Source: Alphaproteobacteria bacterium
Lineage (GTDB): Bacteria; Pseudomonadota; Alphaproteobacteria; MPNO01; DASWLB01
Assembly (NCBI GenBank): GCA_036396315.1
Contig: DASWLB010000382.1
Location: forward strand, 1-32,284
Direction of reading: 5' to 3'
Length of the DNA: 32,284 bases
A program made the translations under genes and the position numbers. Of the stretch, positions 18,826 through 29,360 are shown piece by piece (the first letter of the stretch is position 1; each line of letters opens with the position of its first letter). The notes beneath the pieces were generated by a model. The model was not told the origin of the DNA, searched no databases, and worked only from the letters and a program-made list of their open reading frames with translations.

Positions 18826-21242
18826 GGCAGCTCCGGCGCCCGCTCCGGCAGCGCCCGCCCCGGCCGCCACCAGAAGCCCTGCCCGCGCTCGCGCTTGATC
18901 GTCTGCTCGTAGCGCCGCTGGCGCTGGCGCGCGTCCGGATCGAGCGCGAGCTGAAGCTGGTCCAGCACCGCCCGCTCGTAGGCGGCCTTGAGATACCAGA
19001 TCGATCCGCCCGGCGTGTAGTTCTTTAAAAATCGCGTCACGTCGGCGCCAAGGTTCATCTTCCCGCCCTCGATCGCCGCGCGCACGTTGCCCACCGTCAA
19101 CCGGTGCACGTCGGTCGCGAGCCCCGAGATCGGCCCGGCCAGCGTCTCGGCGAAGCCGCCGCCGAACCGGTTGGTGTCCTGGAACACGAAGTCGCCGAAG
19201 ATGCCGAGGCCGCCGCCCTGCGTCATCGCCGCGATCCAGAACTTCCAGCTGTCCATCGGCGCGGGATCGCGCCCGCCGGCGAGCGATTTGAGCTGCAGCG
19301 CCAGCGCGCCCATCAGCGTGGACGTGATGACGAGCTCGGCCATGTACGCCGCCCGGCTCGCGGGCGAGCGCTGGCGCACGCCCCGCATCACGTGCGTCAT
19401 GACCAGCGTCGTCGCGAACGACTTGTACATCAGGCCCGAGCGCAGAAGCTCGCCCGCCACCGTCCCCGGCTTCACGTCGCCGGCGATGAACGCCTTGCCG
19501 CGGAGCGTCACCGAGGGCACCGCGAACTCGGTTTCCGACTGCACCATCGACAGCAGCCGCGTCGCCAGCTCGTCGGCGCCCTCGATGTCGGCCCGCGCCG
19601 CCACGTCCTCGGGCCGCAGGAACTTCGCCCCCTCGTGCTCGTATGGCGTCGTCGTCCGCACCGCGTCCCACGCCGCCTCGTCGATGCCGTAGCGCTTGAG
19701 CGTATCGCGCAGCGGCTGTTCGAGCGCGCCCAACGCCCGGCCCTGCCGCTCGGCGAGCGCGCCCATGAACTCCATGCCGAAGCCCCACCGCATCGCCTGG
19801 GTCCACGGGCTGAGCCCCGACAGCCGCAGCACGCCATCGGCGAGCCGGCGGGTGAACTCGCCGCCCGACAATTCGCCGACATAGCGCATCTGCGCCGCCG
19901 CCACCTGGCTCGCTTCCTCGGCGATCAGCCCGAGCCGCACGGCGAGCTTGCGATCCTCGGCGTTGGCCGGGTTGAGCAGCGCCAGCCCGCGCATCACCGC
20001 CCGCGCCTCGTTGAGCCCGGCGAACCGGGCCGCCATCCGCGTGAAGTTGATGTCGGTGATCGCCGACAGCGCCGCCGCGCCGAGCTGGATCGCCACCAGC
20101 ATCTCGCGGGTATTGGCGAAGGCCCGCGCCACCGGCCCGTGCGCCGGCGCGTTCACCGATCCGATGTAGTGGCCGTAGATCGTGCCGAGCTGGCCGGCGG
20201 TGAAGTTGTTGCGCTCGAGCGGCCCCGCGCCCTCCGCCGCCGTTTTCCTCAGCCGTTGCTGGAGCCACCTGATCGTCGCCAGCGGGTTCGGTCCCAGCGC
20301 GCGCATCGCCCCGATGTCCCGCGCCATGGCGTCGATATGCGCCATCATCGCCGTGAACGGGTCGCCCTCGCCGAACCGCTCCTGATATTCGAGCCACGCC
20401 TCGGCCGACCGGAAGTGCAGGAACCGGTGATCGGCCCGGCGGTTGGCGAGCGCCGTTCCGGCCGGCGCCGCCGACGGCGTGATCTTGGAAAATCCGGCCG
20501 TCGCGATGGTGTCGTAAACGTCCTCCAGGGCCTCCCTGAGGCCGGTTTCGGTGAACGGCTGTCCGCTGGCCCCGTCCACCATCCGGGCCGTGTCGAGCCG
20601 CGCCAGCGTGAAGGAGAGCCATTCTTCGCGGGCCACCTGCCGAACCTTGAGTGTCGAATGGTGCTGCGGCAGCCCCCAGCGCTCCATTTTGCCGATATGG
20701 CCGCCCGCGGCGTTGAACTGGCGGCGGAGAAACTCCGAGGCCTTGGCCCAGCCTTGCGCCATTTCACGGGCCGCCACGTCGCCCGTCGTCTCGCCGAACG
20801 CCTCGCGCACCATGTTCGAGAGCCGCGCCCGATTGCGGGTCCGCCCCAGCAGATCGCGCCGGAACTCGGCGATCGCGTCGGCCATCATCGCGTGCGCCCG
20901 CCCCCTCGCCGCGCGCCGCACCTGCACCGCCGAGGGGTGCGCCACGTCGAGCCCGATCCCGTCGACCAGGCCGATGCTCGCCTGGCGCGGGTTGTCGGCC
21001 GCGTCGATCGCCGCCGCGATCCGCCGCTGCGCGCCGAGCGCGATCAGCCGCCGCCGCCGCGCCTCCAGCTCCTCGGCCGCGAGGCGCTCGACGGTCTCGC
21101 GCGCCGCCCGCGCCTCGGCCGCCTCCGGGCCGAGATCGAGGCTGTCCCTCAACTCGTCGTACCGCCGCTTGGCCTCCTCGCCCCGCGCCCGGTCCATCTC
21201 GCCGGCCTCGACCGCCCGGTCGATGCAGTCCCTGAAACTCAT
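18822..21242 (-). CDS. Large virion/ejection protein, positional analogue of the C-terminal part of T7 gp16 (806 aa)
   Basis: The ATG at 21242 (MSFRDCIDRAVEAGEMD...) overlaps the upstream stop (ATGA). Protein-like throughout, with hydrophobic segments near the C-terminus (ELVITSTLMGALALQL, WIAAMTQGGGLGIFGDFVF). The further N-terminal extension in the track is Arg/Gly noise. The product call is based on position only. Confidence 0.65.
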   Translation of the reverse strand: MSFRDCIDRAVEAGEMDRARGEEAKRRYDELRDSLDLGPEAAEARAARETVERLAAEELEARRRRLIALGAQRRIAAAIDAADNPRQASIGLVDGIGLDVAHPSAVQVRRAARGRAHAMMADAIAEFRRDLLGRTRNRARLSNMVREAFGETTGDVAAREMAQGWAKASEFLRRQFNAAGGHIGKMERWGLPQHHSTLKVRQVAREEWLSFTLARLDTARMVDGASGQPFTETGLREALEDVYDTIATAGFSKITPSAAPAGTALANRRADHRFLHFRSAEAWLEYQERFGEGDPFTAMMAHIDAMARDIGAMRALGPNPLATIRWLQQRLRKTAAEGAGPLERNNFTAGQLGTIYGHYIGSVNAPAHGPVARAFANTREMLVAIQLGAAALSAITDINFTRMAARFAGLNEARAVMRGLALLNPANAEDRKLAVRLGLIAEEASQVAAAQMRYVGELSGGEFTRRLADGVLRLSGLSPWTQAMRWGFGMEFMGALAERQGRALGALEQPLRDTLKRYGIDEAAWDAVRTTTPYEHEGAKFLRPEDVAARADIEGADELATRLLSMVQSETEFAVPSVTLRGKAFIAGDVKPGTVAGELLRSGLMYKSFATTLVMTHVMRGVRQRSPASRAAYMAELVITSTLMGALALQLKSLAGGRDPAPMDSWKFWIAAMTQGGGLGIFGDFVFQDTNRFGGGFAETLAGPISGLATDVHRLTVGNVRAAIEGGKMNLGADVTRFLKNYTPGGSIWYLKAAYERAVLDQLQLALDPDARQRQRRYEQTIKRERGQGFWWRPGRALPERAPELP

Positions 21243-22456
21243 CCCTGTCCCCCGAGGCAAATCTTGAGCCGATCGACGAACTCGCGCTCGTCCCCGATCC
21301 GGTCGAGCTCGGAGCGCGCGCCCAGCGTCTCGACGACGATATCTCCCGATGCGTCCTCCCGCGCGCCGACCGGCACCTCGAAGTCGCCCTCGGCCTCGAT
21401 CGCGGCGCGCAGATCGGTCTCGAGCTGGTCGGCCTCGAGCCGCTGGCCCTCGCCGGCCGCCAGGTCGAACTCTCGATCGTCGGGCAGTTTGAAATCGGAC
21501 ACCTCGCCGTCGGCCGCCGCTGACGGGGCCTCGCGCGAGCGCGCGATCCTGTCGGCCTCGGCGAGGCGGGCGAGATGATCGGACGGCGCGACGCCCTCCG
21601 GCGCCGCCGGCAGCGCGTCCCACTGCTCGACGATCGCCCGCGCCGCCAGCTCCTCGTCGTTCGCGCGGGGTCCGAGTTCCCGGTGCGCGAGGGCGAGATC
21701 GCCCGCCCCGAGCCCCTTGACCTTGCGCCAGGCGGCGCGGCCGGCCGCCGTCGCCATCCAGCCGCCGCCGGCGAGAACGCCGGCGCCGCCCGCCGCCATC
21801 GCGATTTCCAGCCCCGGATCGAGCTCGGCGAGCCCGGCCTCCCCGCGCCATTTCTGGACGAACGGCTGCACCGCCGCCTCGCTCGCCCCGCCGATCAGCG
21901 CCTCCGTCACCGCGAACCGCAGGAGCCCAGTCGCCGCCGGCGCGCCGGCGGCGAGCGAGAGAAGGTTGATCGGATCGGTCATGACTCCGGCGATCTCGCC
22001 GAGCACGAGCCCGGCCTCCCCGGCGAGACCGCGTGCTCGCGAGCGCGCCAGCACCCCGGCGGCCTCCGTCTCGTAGGCGATCTCGCCAGCCCGTGTCCTC
22101 AGCGCGTCGCCCGTATGAATGCCCCGCGCCTTGTCCCCGGAAAGGTTCGCCTTGAGATCGTCGATCACCGGCTCCCAGTCGAACCGGCCGGCCATCCCGG
22201 TCTCGACGGTCACCGGATCGAAACCCTCCGGCATGAAGGGCCGCACCGCGTCGACGAACGGCTGGCCCGTCGCCGCCTCGATCGCGGCTCGGCGCTCATC
22301 CTCGGCCGCCCGCATCATCAGATCGGGAGCGTGGCTCACATGGCCGGCCTGCATTTCCTCGAACGCGGCCCGGAACCCCTCGCCGAAGCCGAGCGTGCGC
22401 CCCGGCGAGCGCCACTGCGGTGGCGAAGTCCGGTCATGGGCCTCGAAAAAGCTCAC
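21239..22456 (-). CDS. Virion/ejection protein, positional analogue of internal virion proteins (405 aa)
   Basis: Protein-like ORF coupled at both ends (ATGA at 22453-22456 and at 21239-21242). No motif was recognised. Confidence 0.6.
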   Translation of the reverse strand: MSFFEAHDRTSPPQWRSPGRTLGFGEGFRAAFEEMQAGHVSHAPDLMMRAAEDERRAAIEAATGQPFVDAVRPFMPEGFDPVTVETGMAGRFDWEPVIDDLKANLSGDKARGIHTGDALRTRAGEIAYETEAAGVLARSRARGLAGEAGLVLGEIAGVMTDPINLLSLAAGAPAATGLLRFAVTEALIGGASEAAVQPFVQKWRGEAGLAELDPGLEIAMAAGGAGVLAGGGWMATAAGRAAWRKVKGLGAGDLALAHRELGPRANDEELAARAIVEQWDALPAAPEGVAPSDHLARLAEADRIARSREAPSAAADGEVSDFKLPDDREFDLAAGEGQRLEADQLETDLRAAIEAEGDFEVPVGAREDASGDIVVETLGARSELDRIGDEREFVDRLKICLGGQG

Positions 22457-24801
22457 GGCAGGATCGCCCCGCCCGGCGTCACCCGGTTGCGCTCTCCGCG
22501 CCGCCGTGTTGCCGGCGCCGCCCGCCGCCGCGCCTCGACCCGCCCCGCCGCCGCCGCGTCGAGCCGTATCCGGTAGTCGGCCCCGGTCTCGCCATCGATG
22601 AGGTATTGCGGCGTCACCGCCGGATCGCTCATCGACACGAAATAGCTCTCCCCGCCGGCGTGGACCAGCCAGCCGTCCCGCAGCTCGGCCGCGCCCGCCG
22701 CCGTGCCGTCGATGTGCTCGGGCTTGCCGCCGCTCGCCGACAGCGGCCCGAGATCGCGGTCCTCGATACCGCCGAGCGTCGCCTCGAACCGGGACTGCGA
22801 CAGCGAGACGGGCAGCACCACCGGCCTTCCGCGCCAGCTTCCGAGCCCGCCCACCTTCTCGGTCCTGATCTGGCCCGATGCGAGCCGCCGCGATGACGGC
22901 CTTGCCCCCAAGGTTTCGTCGAGCACCTCGCGGTAGAGATCGCCATCGAACTCGGCGATCCCCGCCCTCAGCGCCCGCGCCGAATAGGCGGCCCGCGCCG
23001 TTTCCATGATCGCCCGCTGTCCGGCCGGCTCGAGACCGACAAGCGCGCCGCCCACCGTCTCGCCGAACACCTCGCCGACCTGGCCTTGCGGCATCGCCGC
23101 CGCGACGCCTTCACCTTCCGCGGTGAGCCCGCTGAGTGCGTCGCGCGCCACCGCGAGATCGCGCCCGCCGATCGCCACCAGTCCGCCGACATGAGCGACC
23201 GCCGGCGCGTCCTCGCCGATCTCGGCGAACACCGCCGCCGCGCGCCGCCCCGCCGCGCCAGCGACGCCGCCGAGCAGCGCGAGTTTGGTTTCGCTGTCGG
23301 CGCCGGCCATCGCGGCGGCCAGCGCCGATCGCTCGATCGGCCTCAGATAGACCGGCTCGCGCCCGTAATGCGCCGCGACCTCCTCGGCCACCACGGCGCG
23401 GGATTGGAATTGCCCGGCAAAGTCCGGGGAGGCGGGATCGACATCGGGCACATCGACGAGGCCGACCCGCTCGGCCCAACCGAGCGGGTCGCGCGCGAGC
23501 GCGGCCTCCGCGTTGCTCTTCAGCCGGTCGACGAGATCGATATCCTCGATCTGGGCCGGATCGGTGACGCCAGTCTCGCCGAGCTCGGCGCGCCGCCTGT
23601 CGGCGATGTGGCCGAGCTCCTCGGGCCGCGCCTGGCGCGCCGCCGCGACGAAATCGGTTCGGGCCCGCATCCGCTCGAAGTCGGCAGCGAGATCGCCGTC
23701 GAGCGCGCGGCCAACCGCGCCGTCGAGCGCCGCGACAACGCCAGCGGCGGGCAGCAGGCCCTCATCGAGCCCGGCTTCGACGTCACGCATCGCGGACCTC
23801 AGCGCCGCCGCCGGCCGCCTCCGATCGCGGACATCGGCCTCGATCCCCCGCTCCATCGCCGCCTTCCGGCGCAGGAAGTCCTCGACATCGAACACCGCCA
23901 TCGGGCCTTCGCCCTCGCGGTACGCGGCCTCGAACTCCTCGAGGAAAGTCTGGCGCGCCTCGATGCCCTCGGTCCGCTCGAACGCGCCCTGCACCCGCGC
24001 CGTCGCCACCGCGAGCTCGGCCCGCCGCATGATCCGCGCGGCCTCGGCCTCCGACCTGAGGCGCGCGCCGTCGGCGCCGCGCGCCTCGAGCTGGCTCGCG
24101 AGCCCGGTCATCTCGCCGGCGATCGCCTCGTCGGCCGCCCCGTCGAGCCCGAGGAAGTAGGCGTTGCGGCCGAGATCCCTGAGCCTCTGGTCGAGATCGG
24201 TCTCGAACGCCGCCTTGCGCGCGGCGTTCGCCTCGGCCGCCACCGCCCGTGTCGCCTGCCGCACGGCCGACAGCCTCAGCCGGCCCAGCGTGGCCTGATA
24301 GGCCGGCATCACCTCCTGGAACACATGGCTCGTTCGATATTCCCGGTCGAGCGCGTCGAACGCGGCGGCGACGCCCTTGGGGCTCGCCCTGTGCGCATCC
24401 GTGATCCGGGCCGCGTCCTCGCGGAGCTGCAGGTCGAGCTGGTCGGCGTAGGTTTGGATCCCGGCCTGGTCGAAGGCGTCGGCCCGGATCGTGCCGGCGC
24501 GCCGCGGCCGGAACTCGGGATCGAGACCGGCGATGGCGCCCGCGCGGCGCCCCTCGGCCTCGGCCGCCTTGTCCGCCCAGCGTCCGATCGGCGCGGCGAA
24601 CGCGGCGAGCGCCCGGCCGACGGTCTCCATCGCCCGCGCCTGGGCCGATCCGACGCGGCGCGCCGCGTCCGCCTCGGCCGCGAGCGCCTCGCCGCCGGCG
24701 GTGCGCGTGAGCCGCGAGACCTGCGTGTTGCCCTCGCCGAGCGCCCCGCGCGGATCGAACTGGCGCGGCGCCGGCGCGTGGCGGCCCTGACGGTTTGGCA
24801 T
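22453..24801 (-). CDS. Large internal virion protein, gp15-position analogue (782 aa)
   Basis: Long helical Ala/Arg/Glu-rich protein. The ATG at 24801 directly abuts the upstream TAG. Its size and position match T7-type internal core proteins. The call is positional only. Confidence 0.6.
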   Translation of the reverse strand: MPNRQGRHAPAPRQFDPRGALGEGNTQVSRLTRTAGGEALAAEADAARRVGSAQARAMETVGRALAAFAAPIGRWADKAAEAEGRRAGAIAGLDPEFRPRRAGTIRADAFDQAGIQTYADQLDLQLREDAARITDAHRASPKGVAAAFDALDREYRTSHVFQEVMPAYQATLGRLRLSAVRQATRAVAAEANAARKAAFETDLDQRLRDLGRNAYFLGLDGAADEAIAGEMTGLASQLEARGADGARLRSEAEAARIMRRAELAVATARVQGAFERTEGIEARQTFLEEFEAAYREGEGPMAVFDVEDFLRRKAAMERGIEADVRDRRRPAAALRSAMRDVEAGLDEGLLPAAGVVAALDGAVGRALDGDLAADFERMRARTDFVAAARQARPEELGHIADRRRAELGETGVTDPAQIEDIDLVDRLKSNAEAALARDPLGWAERVGLVDVPDVDPASPDFAGQFQSRAVVAEEVAAHYGREPVYLRPIERSALAAAMAGADSETKLALLGGVAGAAGRRAAAVFAEIGEDAPAVAHVGGLVAIGGRDLAVARDALSGLTAEGEGVAAAMPQGQVGEVFGETVGGALVGLEPAGQRAIMETARAAYSARALRAGIAEFDGDLYREVLDETLGARPSSRRLASGQIRTEKVGGLGSWRGRPVVLPVSLSQSRFEATLGGIEDRDLGPLSASGGKPEHIDGTAAGAAELRDGWLVHAGGESYFVSMSDPAVTPQYLIDGETGADYRIRLDAAAAGRVEARRRAAPATRRRGERNRVTPGGAILP

Positions 24802-25488
24802 CTATCCTCGCCTCAGAATGTCGAACGCGGTGCCGCCGATCTCGGTCAGCGAGCGCGCCGAGGCTTCGGTTCTCAGCGCGTCGGCCTCCGCGCCCGCCGC
24901 GAACCTCGCCGAGGCCGCCCTCAGGAGCCCGCCGCGGCGGCGCTCGCGCGCCTGGAGCTTGAGGCTCGCCGCCCGTTCGCGCAGCCGCGTCCCCCGGAAA
25001 TCCTCGGTCGAGCGGTCGACCTGGAGCGCGCGGTTGGTGTCCCTCACCGCCTCTTTTCTCGCCTCGGCCGGGGTTCCGAACGAAAGATCGACGCCGCCGG
25101 CGGCGACCGCGGTGTCCTGCTCGCCGAGCTGGGCGAGCAGCATCTTCTTCAGGGAGTTGCGCCGCTCGAGACCCTGAATGCCCTCGACACCGATCTCGGT
25201 CAGGGCATCGCCCGCCGCGAGATCGAGATTGAGCCCCTCGGTCGCCGCGGCATCCTCGATCGAGGCCGCCTCGAGGATGCCCGAGGCGGACGCCGCGTCG
25301 GCCCGGATGGCGCCGGCGCGCGACAGGGCGAGCGCCGATCCGACCGACAGCGCCCCTTGCAGGATCGAGCCGGCGAGCGAGAGCCCGCCCGAGGCCGCGG
25401 TGGCGAGCCCGGCGGTCGCCGCGCCGGCGGCGGCCGCGCCTCCGAACTGGGCCGCCACCGCGGAAATCGCGCCTGCCGCGAGTTCCAT
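24802..25488 (-). CDS. Internal virion protein, gp14-position analogue (228 aa)
   Basis: A strong SD AGGGAGGGG lies 3 nt before the ATG at 25488. The N-terminal third is Ala/Gly-rich and hydrophobic, and the C-terminus is charged and helical. Confidence 0.6.
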   Translation of the reverse strand: MELAAGAISAVAAQFGGAAAAGAATAGLATAASGGLSLAGSILQGALSVGSALALSRAGAIRADAASASGILEAASIEDAAATEGLNLDLAAGDALTEIGVEGIQGLERRNSLKKMLLAQLGEQDTAVAAGGVDLSFGTPAEARKEAVRDTNRALQVDRSTEDFRGTRLRERAASLKLQARERRRGGLLRAASARFAAGAEADALRTEASARSLTEIGGTAFDILRRG

Positions 25489-25498
25489 TTGCCCCTCC

Positions 25499-27946
25499 CT
25501 AGAGTTTTGCCTCGCGGGTCATATCCCGCACCTGGAGCGTACCGGGCCTGACCTGCGTGACCAGAACCTCTCCGGTCGCGGTGTAGCCGGAAAGCCCGCC
25601 CACCGAGAGCTCGCCGGTGAAGGGCTCGACGATATCCTGGTCCGAGAGCCCGGCGAAGTAGAGCGGAACGTCGTTCACCGGTCCGCCGTTGCCGGCGATC
25701 GCGATCGAGGTGGTCGCGATCACGTCGGCCTTGACGGTGTGCACCCGGATCGGCCGTGCCAGCACCGTGCGCTCGGCGACGAGCCGGGGGATCGGCAGCG
25801 GCATCATCCTTGGCGGCGTCCACCGGCCCACGGTGACGTTCGCCGCCGGGTCCTGGAGCGTGATCTGTTCGCCCGTCACCGTGAACGGGCCGAGCGGAAC
25901 CCCGTCGGCGATCGCCCACACCTCCGCGCCCTCGTAGTCGCCGAGACCGGCCACCGTCGTCGCCGCCGGCGCGTTGACGATGTCGGTGGCGCAGTCGACG
26001 AGCAGATTTTGCTCGAGCCGCTCGTAGAACCTGACGCCTTCGCCGTCGACCTGTCGCTCGACGATCAGATACGGGACGTTGGCGCCATCGACGCAGACCG
26101 ATTTGACCGCGCCGTCCGTGGTCCAGCGCACGAAGCCGGTCACGTCCTGGTTTCGGATCAGGATGCCGACCGCCATCGCGCCATCCTCGCGCGGCAGGAA
26201 GTAGCGGGCGGCGTCGCTTTCGGTTTCCGGCCGCTGGAGCGCGGCGTCGACGATCCCGTCGACGAGGTGCGAGGCGAGAAGCGACATCGGCTGGGAGTCG
26301 TAAGCCTGGCTGATGTCCGAATAGAGCGCCGCGTAGGCGACCGAGCGGTTCTTCGAGATGTAGTAGAGCTCGCCCTCCGACGACACCACCGGCACCTGGG
26401 GCGCCGAGCCGTTGCGCGAGGCCTCGACGATGTTCAAGGGCGTGTTGCGGCCGATCGTCCGGTCGGAGACGAAATACTCCGCGTCCGAGGTGAACAGCAC
26501 CAGATGCCGCGAGCGCTCGATACGTTGCAGGCGCTCGGCGCCCTCCGTATCGAGATTGGCGAGGATCGCGCCCGTGTCGGACGCGATCTCGATGTTCAGG
26601 TTGAAGTAGTCTCCCGTGGCGCTGGCGAGGAGCGCTCCCTTCTTGGCGGCGAAGCCGCCGGTCCACAGCCGGTCCTGGTAGAACCTGGCGCACGCCGCCC
26701 AGCCGCGGGTGTCCGAAATCAGATCCTCGCCGCCCAGCTCGCCGATCTGGCTATGGGCGACCGTGGCGGCCGAATCGGCGTGGCTGACCACGGCGGCGGC
26801 GAGGCTCCGGCCGCCGCCTTCGTTGCCCGTCCCCGTGAACTGGATCACGAACCGGAAAAAGGTGGCGGTGACGGCGTCGCGGGTGCAGGCGATGCCGGCC
26901 GCGACCGACGGCAGCGCCTCGATCGCGACCGCGAGGCTGGCGCAGAACGCATCGATGTCGGCGTCGTCGTCGCCGCCGGTGTCGACCACCGTGACCCCTT
27001 CGGTCTCCTCGCCGTCGATGGTGACGGTGACGACGCGCCCGTAACGGCCGCCGGTGGGATGCTGGACATAGACCGACCAGATGTCGGTGATGTTCACGTA
27101 AGCCCCGCCAAGGTCGACCTGCGGCACGTCGGTGAACGGCACGTCGTCCCATGGCCATTCGGCGTCGGACCCATCGCGCAGGATCCGCCGCGAGCGCCGC
27201 GCCGGGTGAAACAGCAGCAGCGTGTCGAACCGTTGCTCGGCGATGACGTTGTCGACCTCGGCGGCGAGGAACTCGGTCTCGGCCGCGCCGGTCAGGACAC
27301 CGTCCTTGTAGATGTCCACATGCCTCTCGGACAGGACGTAGGTGTAGGTCTCGTTGTCGTCGAAGGTGAACGGCCGCGTCCGTTCCGAGGTATATTCCGC
27401 GCCCTCGGACCTGGCGGTCAGCGAGGTGACGGTGATGTCGATCGACGCCGGCGGCGTGATCGCGAGCCGGACCCGGATGCCGACGGCGCTCACCGGCGCG
27501 CCCGGTTCGAGCGCCCGCATCTGGTTGCGGGCCGACGGCGTGAGGCGCATCGCGGGTCCGAACGCGCTCCACGACGAGCCGTTGTCCCATTCGATCTGGA
27601 GCGCGTCCTCGAGATCGTCGGTGTGATCGGACGAAAACCCGCTGACCGCGACCACGGACACCGGCTGCGCGGCGGCGAACCGGATTTCGAACACCGTTCC
27701 GGGCCCGGCGAAGGCACCGCTCGAGTCGGTCTCCTGCGACGTGGCCAGATCCGAGAGCTGGCGCCGGATGCGGCCGAGCTTGCGCGACCGCGCCATCAGC
27801 CGGAAGCCGCCCTGGGCGACCGGCTCGACATTGGTGAGCTCTCCGGCGGCGGAATAGAAGGACTTGAGGCCGAACTGGCCGTGCGTCTCCGGCGCCAGCT
27901 CGCCGGCGGTGAAATACGACTGGTAGGCTCCGGGCCGCGCGACCAT
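25499..27946 (-). CDS. Tail tubular protein B (T7 gp12-like nozzle protein, 815 aa)
   Basis: Size and position match gp12. RFYQDRLWTGGFAAKKGALLASATGDYFNLNIE...HLVLFTSDAEYFVS resembles the T7 gp12 segment FFRNRLGFLSGENIILSRTAKYFNFYP...ELLIWSDEAQFVLT (comparison from memory). Confidence 0.75.
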   Translation of the reverse strand: MVARPGAYQSYFTAGELAPETHGQFGLKSFYSAAGELTNVEPVAQGGFRLMARSRKLGRIRRQLSDLATSQETDSSGAFAGPGTVFEIRFAAAQPVSVVAVSGFSSDHTDDLEDALQIEWDNGSSWSAFGPAMRLTPSARNQMRALEPGAPVSAVGIRVRLAITPPASIDITVTSLTARSEGAEYTSERTRPFTFDDNETYTYVLSERHVDIYKDGVLTGAAETEFLAAEVDNVIAEQRFDTLLLFHPARRSRRILRDGSDAEWPWDDVPFTDVPQVDLGGAYVNITDIWSVYVQHPTGGRYGRVVTVTIDGEETEGVTVVDTGGDDDADIDAFCASLAVAIEALPSVAAGIACTRDAVTATFFRFVIQFTGTGNEGGGRSLAAAVVSHADSAATVAHSQIGELGGEDLISDTRGWAACARFYQDRLWTGGFAAKKGALLASATGDYFNLNIEIASDTGAILANLDTEGAERLQRIERSRHLVLFTSDAEYFVSDRTIGRNTPLNIVEASRNGSAPQVPVVSSEGELYYISKNRSVAYAALYSDISQAYDSQPMSLLASHLVDGIVDAALQRPETESDAARYFLPREDGAMAVGILIRNQDVTGFVRWTTDGAVKSVCVDGANVPYLIVERQVDGEGVRFYERLEQNLLVDCATDIVNAPAATTVAGLGDYEGAEVWAIADGVPLGPFTVTGEQITLQDPAANVTVGRWTPPRMMPLPIPRLVAERTVLARPIRVHTVKADVIATTSIAIAGNGGPVNDVPLYFAGLSDQDIVEPFTGELSVGGLSGYTATGEVLVTQVRPGTLQVRDMTREAKL

Positions 27947-27993
27947 TCCCTAAATTCCCCGTCGCGGCCGCGCCGCCCCGCGCCTCTTGGCGG

Positions 27994-28647
27994 TCATGAC
28001 AGATGCGCCGTGGTCAAATCGTCGTTTGTCGCGATCGGGCTCGGCCCCGGCGAGCCGGACACATCCTGGTTGATCGCGACCCCGACGAGCCCGCCCCTGC
28101 CGCCGAGCTCGACCGGGCCTTCGCCGCGCCGGCGCAGCTCCTCGGCGAGCCTGGCATCGCCCGCGACCGGGATCGCGAGATCGGAGGCGATCAGAACCAT
28201 CGCCGCGAGCCGGAACGACGCCGGCCACGCCGCCGGGTCGGCGCGCACCCCGACGCTCGCCCACAGCGGGTGAAAATCCGCGTACAGCCGGCCCTCCTCG
28301 AGCAGATAGTCCCTGAGCGGCGCGTGCGGCGCCCTCGGATTGGTGAGCACCCGCCTCGGCGTTCCGATCGCGTCGCCCGGCAGCTGGAAGGCGTGGCGGT
28401 AGCCGTTGCCCCAATAGTCGGTGGCGTCCCAGCCGTTCTCGGCGGTCCCGGCGATCTCGTCGAGCTTGTATGTGCGCCGGTTGAACTGCCAGGCGTGGAG
28501 CGCGAGCAGGCTGTCGCGCCGCGCCTCGTAAACCGCGTTCACCTTGCGCGCGAGCTCGGTCTCCTCGTCGAACGCGAAAATCTCGCCGCCGCCGAACTGC
28601 GCCAGCGCGCCATTGGCGATCGAAAGCTCGTCGATCACGCTTGCCAC
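27994..28647 (-). CDS. Tail tubular protein A (T7 gp11-like adaptor, 217 aa, GTG start)
   Basis: SD GAGGGAG lies 8 nt before the GTG at 28647. The N-terminus IANGALAQFGGGEIFAFDEETELARKVNAVYEARRDSLLALHAWQFN parallels T7 gp11 [46 protein letters not shown]. Confidence 0.75.
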   Translation of the reverse strand: MASVIDELSIANGALAQFGGGEIFAFDEETELARKVNAVYEARRDSLLALHAWQFNRRTYKLDEIAGTAENGWDATDYWGNGYRHAFQLPGDAIGTPRRVLTNPRAPHAPLRDYLLEEGRLYADFHPLWASVGVRADPAAWPASFRLAAMVLIASDLAIPVAGDARLAEELRRRGEGPVELGGRGGLVGVAINQDVSGSPGPSPIATNDDLTTAHLS

Positions 28648-28725
28648 GGGTCAGCTCCCTCGAAAGAGTGGCAACGGCGCCGCGGGGGGAGGCCCGGCCC
28701 CGCGACGCCGCCGGCCGGTCACTGG

Positions 28726-29292
28726 TCAGGCGCCGAACGCGATCCAGTTGACCTTCTTTGTGAACGTCGTCGCCGCGATCAGCGTCGCGTCGGCGTCGGT
28801 CGACTTCCAGCCCTTGATGATGACCGAGCCGGCCGCCGGCGAGCCCGCCTGGTCGCCGATCGTCGCCGAGACGTGCATCGCCCCGTCGACCGGATCGTCG
28901 TCGAGCGAGGCGACGACGGCGACGACGGTGGCGAGCCCGGTCACGACCGTGTCGGCCGCCGCGACCGTGGTGTGCTGGCCGCGCGCGACCTTGTAGTTCG
29001 CCCCGGCGATGCCGGTGACGCCGAGCTCGGCGACCACCACGTTCGACGGCGCCGCCGGGATCGAGGTCACGATCAGGCGCGACCAGGTCGGCGTTCCGCC
29101 GACCGAGCAGATGGCATCGATCGTGTCGCCGACCTTGAACCGGCCGCGGGCCGAGTTCCAGTAGCCGGCGGCGAGCACCGCGGTGATCGCCTCCGTGGTC
29201 CGGTAAACGAAATTCGACGAGGTTCCCGAAGCGCCGGTCGCGCTCGCGGCGCCGATCGTCTGCCGGGCAAGCTGCTTTGCATTGTAGGCCAT
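28726..29292 (-). CDS. Hypothetical virion-module protein (188 aa) between capsid and tail tubular A
   Basis: Protein-like and beta-rich (Val/Thr/Ala-rich) sequence. It has no counterpart at this position in the canonical T7 order. Confidence 0.55.
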   Translation of the reverse strand: MAYNAKQLARQTIGAASATGASGTSSNFVYRTTEAITAVLAAGYWNSARGRFKVGDTIDAICSVGGTPTWSRLIVTSIPAAPSNVVVAELGVTGIAGANYKVARGQHTTVAAADTVVTGLATVVAVVASLDDDPVDGAMHVSATIGDQAGSPAAGSVIIKGWKSTDADATLIAATTFTKKVNWIAFGA

Positions 29293-29360
29293 GGGTCAGA
29301 TCCCCTTTCGTGGTCCGGTGGCCGGCCGGGCGATGCGCCCGACCGGATGGCGCGCGCGGA

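Noticed and set aside
19104-21578. Very long plus-strand ORFs antisense to the late operon. This 824-aa ORF is one example; others are 23086-25551, 25178-28273, 28003-29463 and 14871-16271.
   Set aside because: Their translations are dominated by Arg/Pro/Gly/Ala runs with no domain-like segments. They lack SD sequences and coupling. They lie opposite minus-strand ORFs that have recognisable phage domains. These are typical open antisense frames of very GC-rich DNA.
21243-21851. N-terminal extension of the 1009-aa track ORF 18822-21851 (minus strand).
   Set aside because: The extension is an RGRRA-type low-complexity stretch overlapping the 405-aa gene. The protein-like sequence starts at the ATG at 21242, coupled (ATGA) to the upstream stop.
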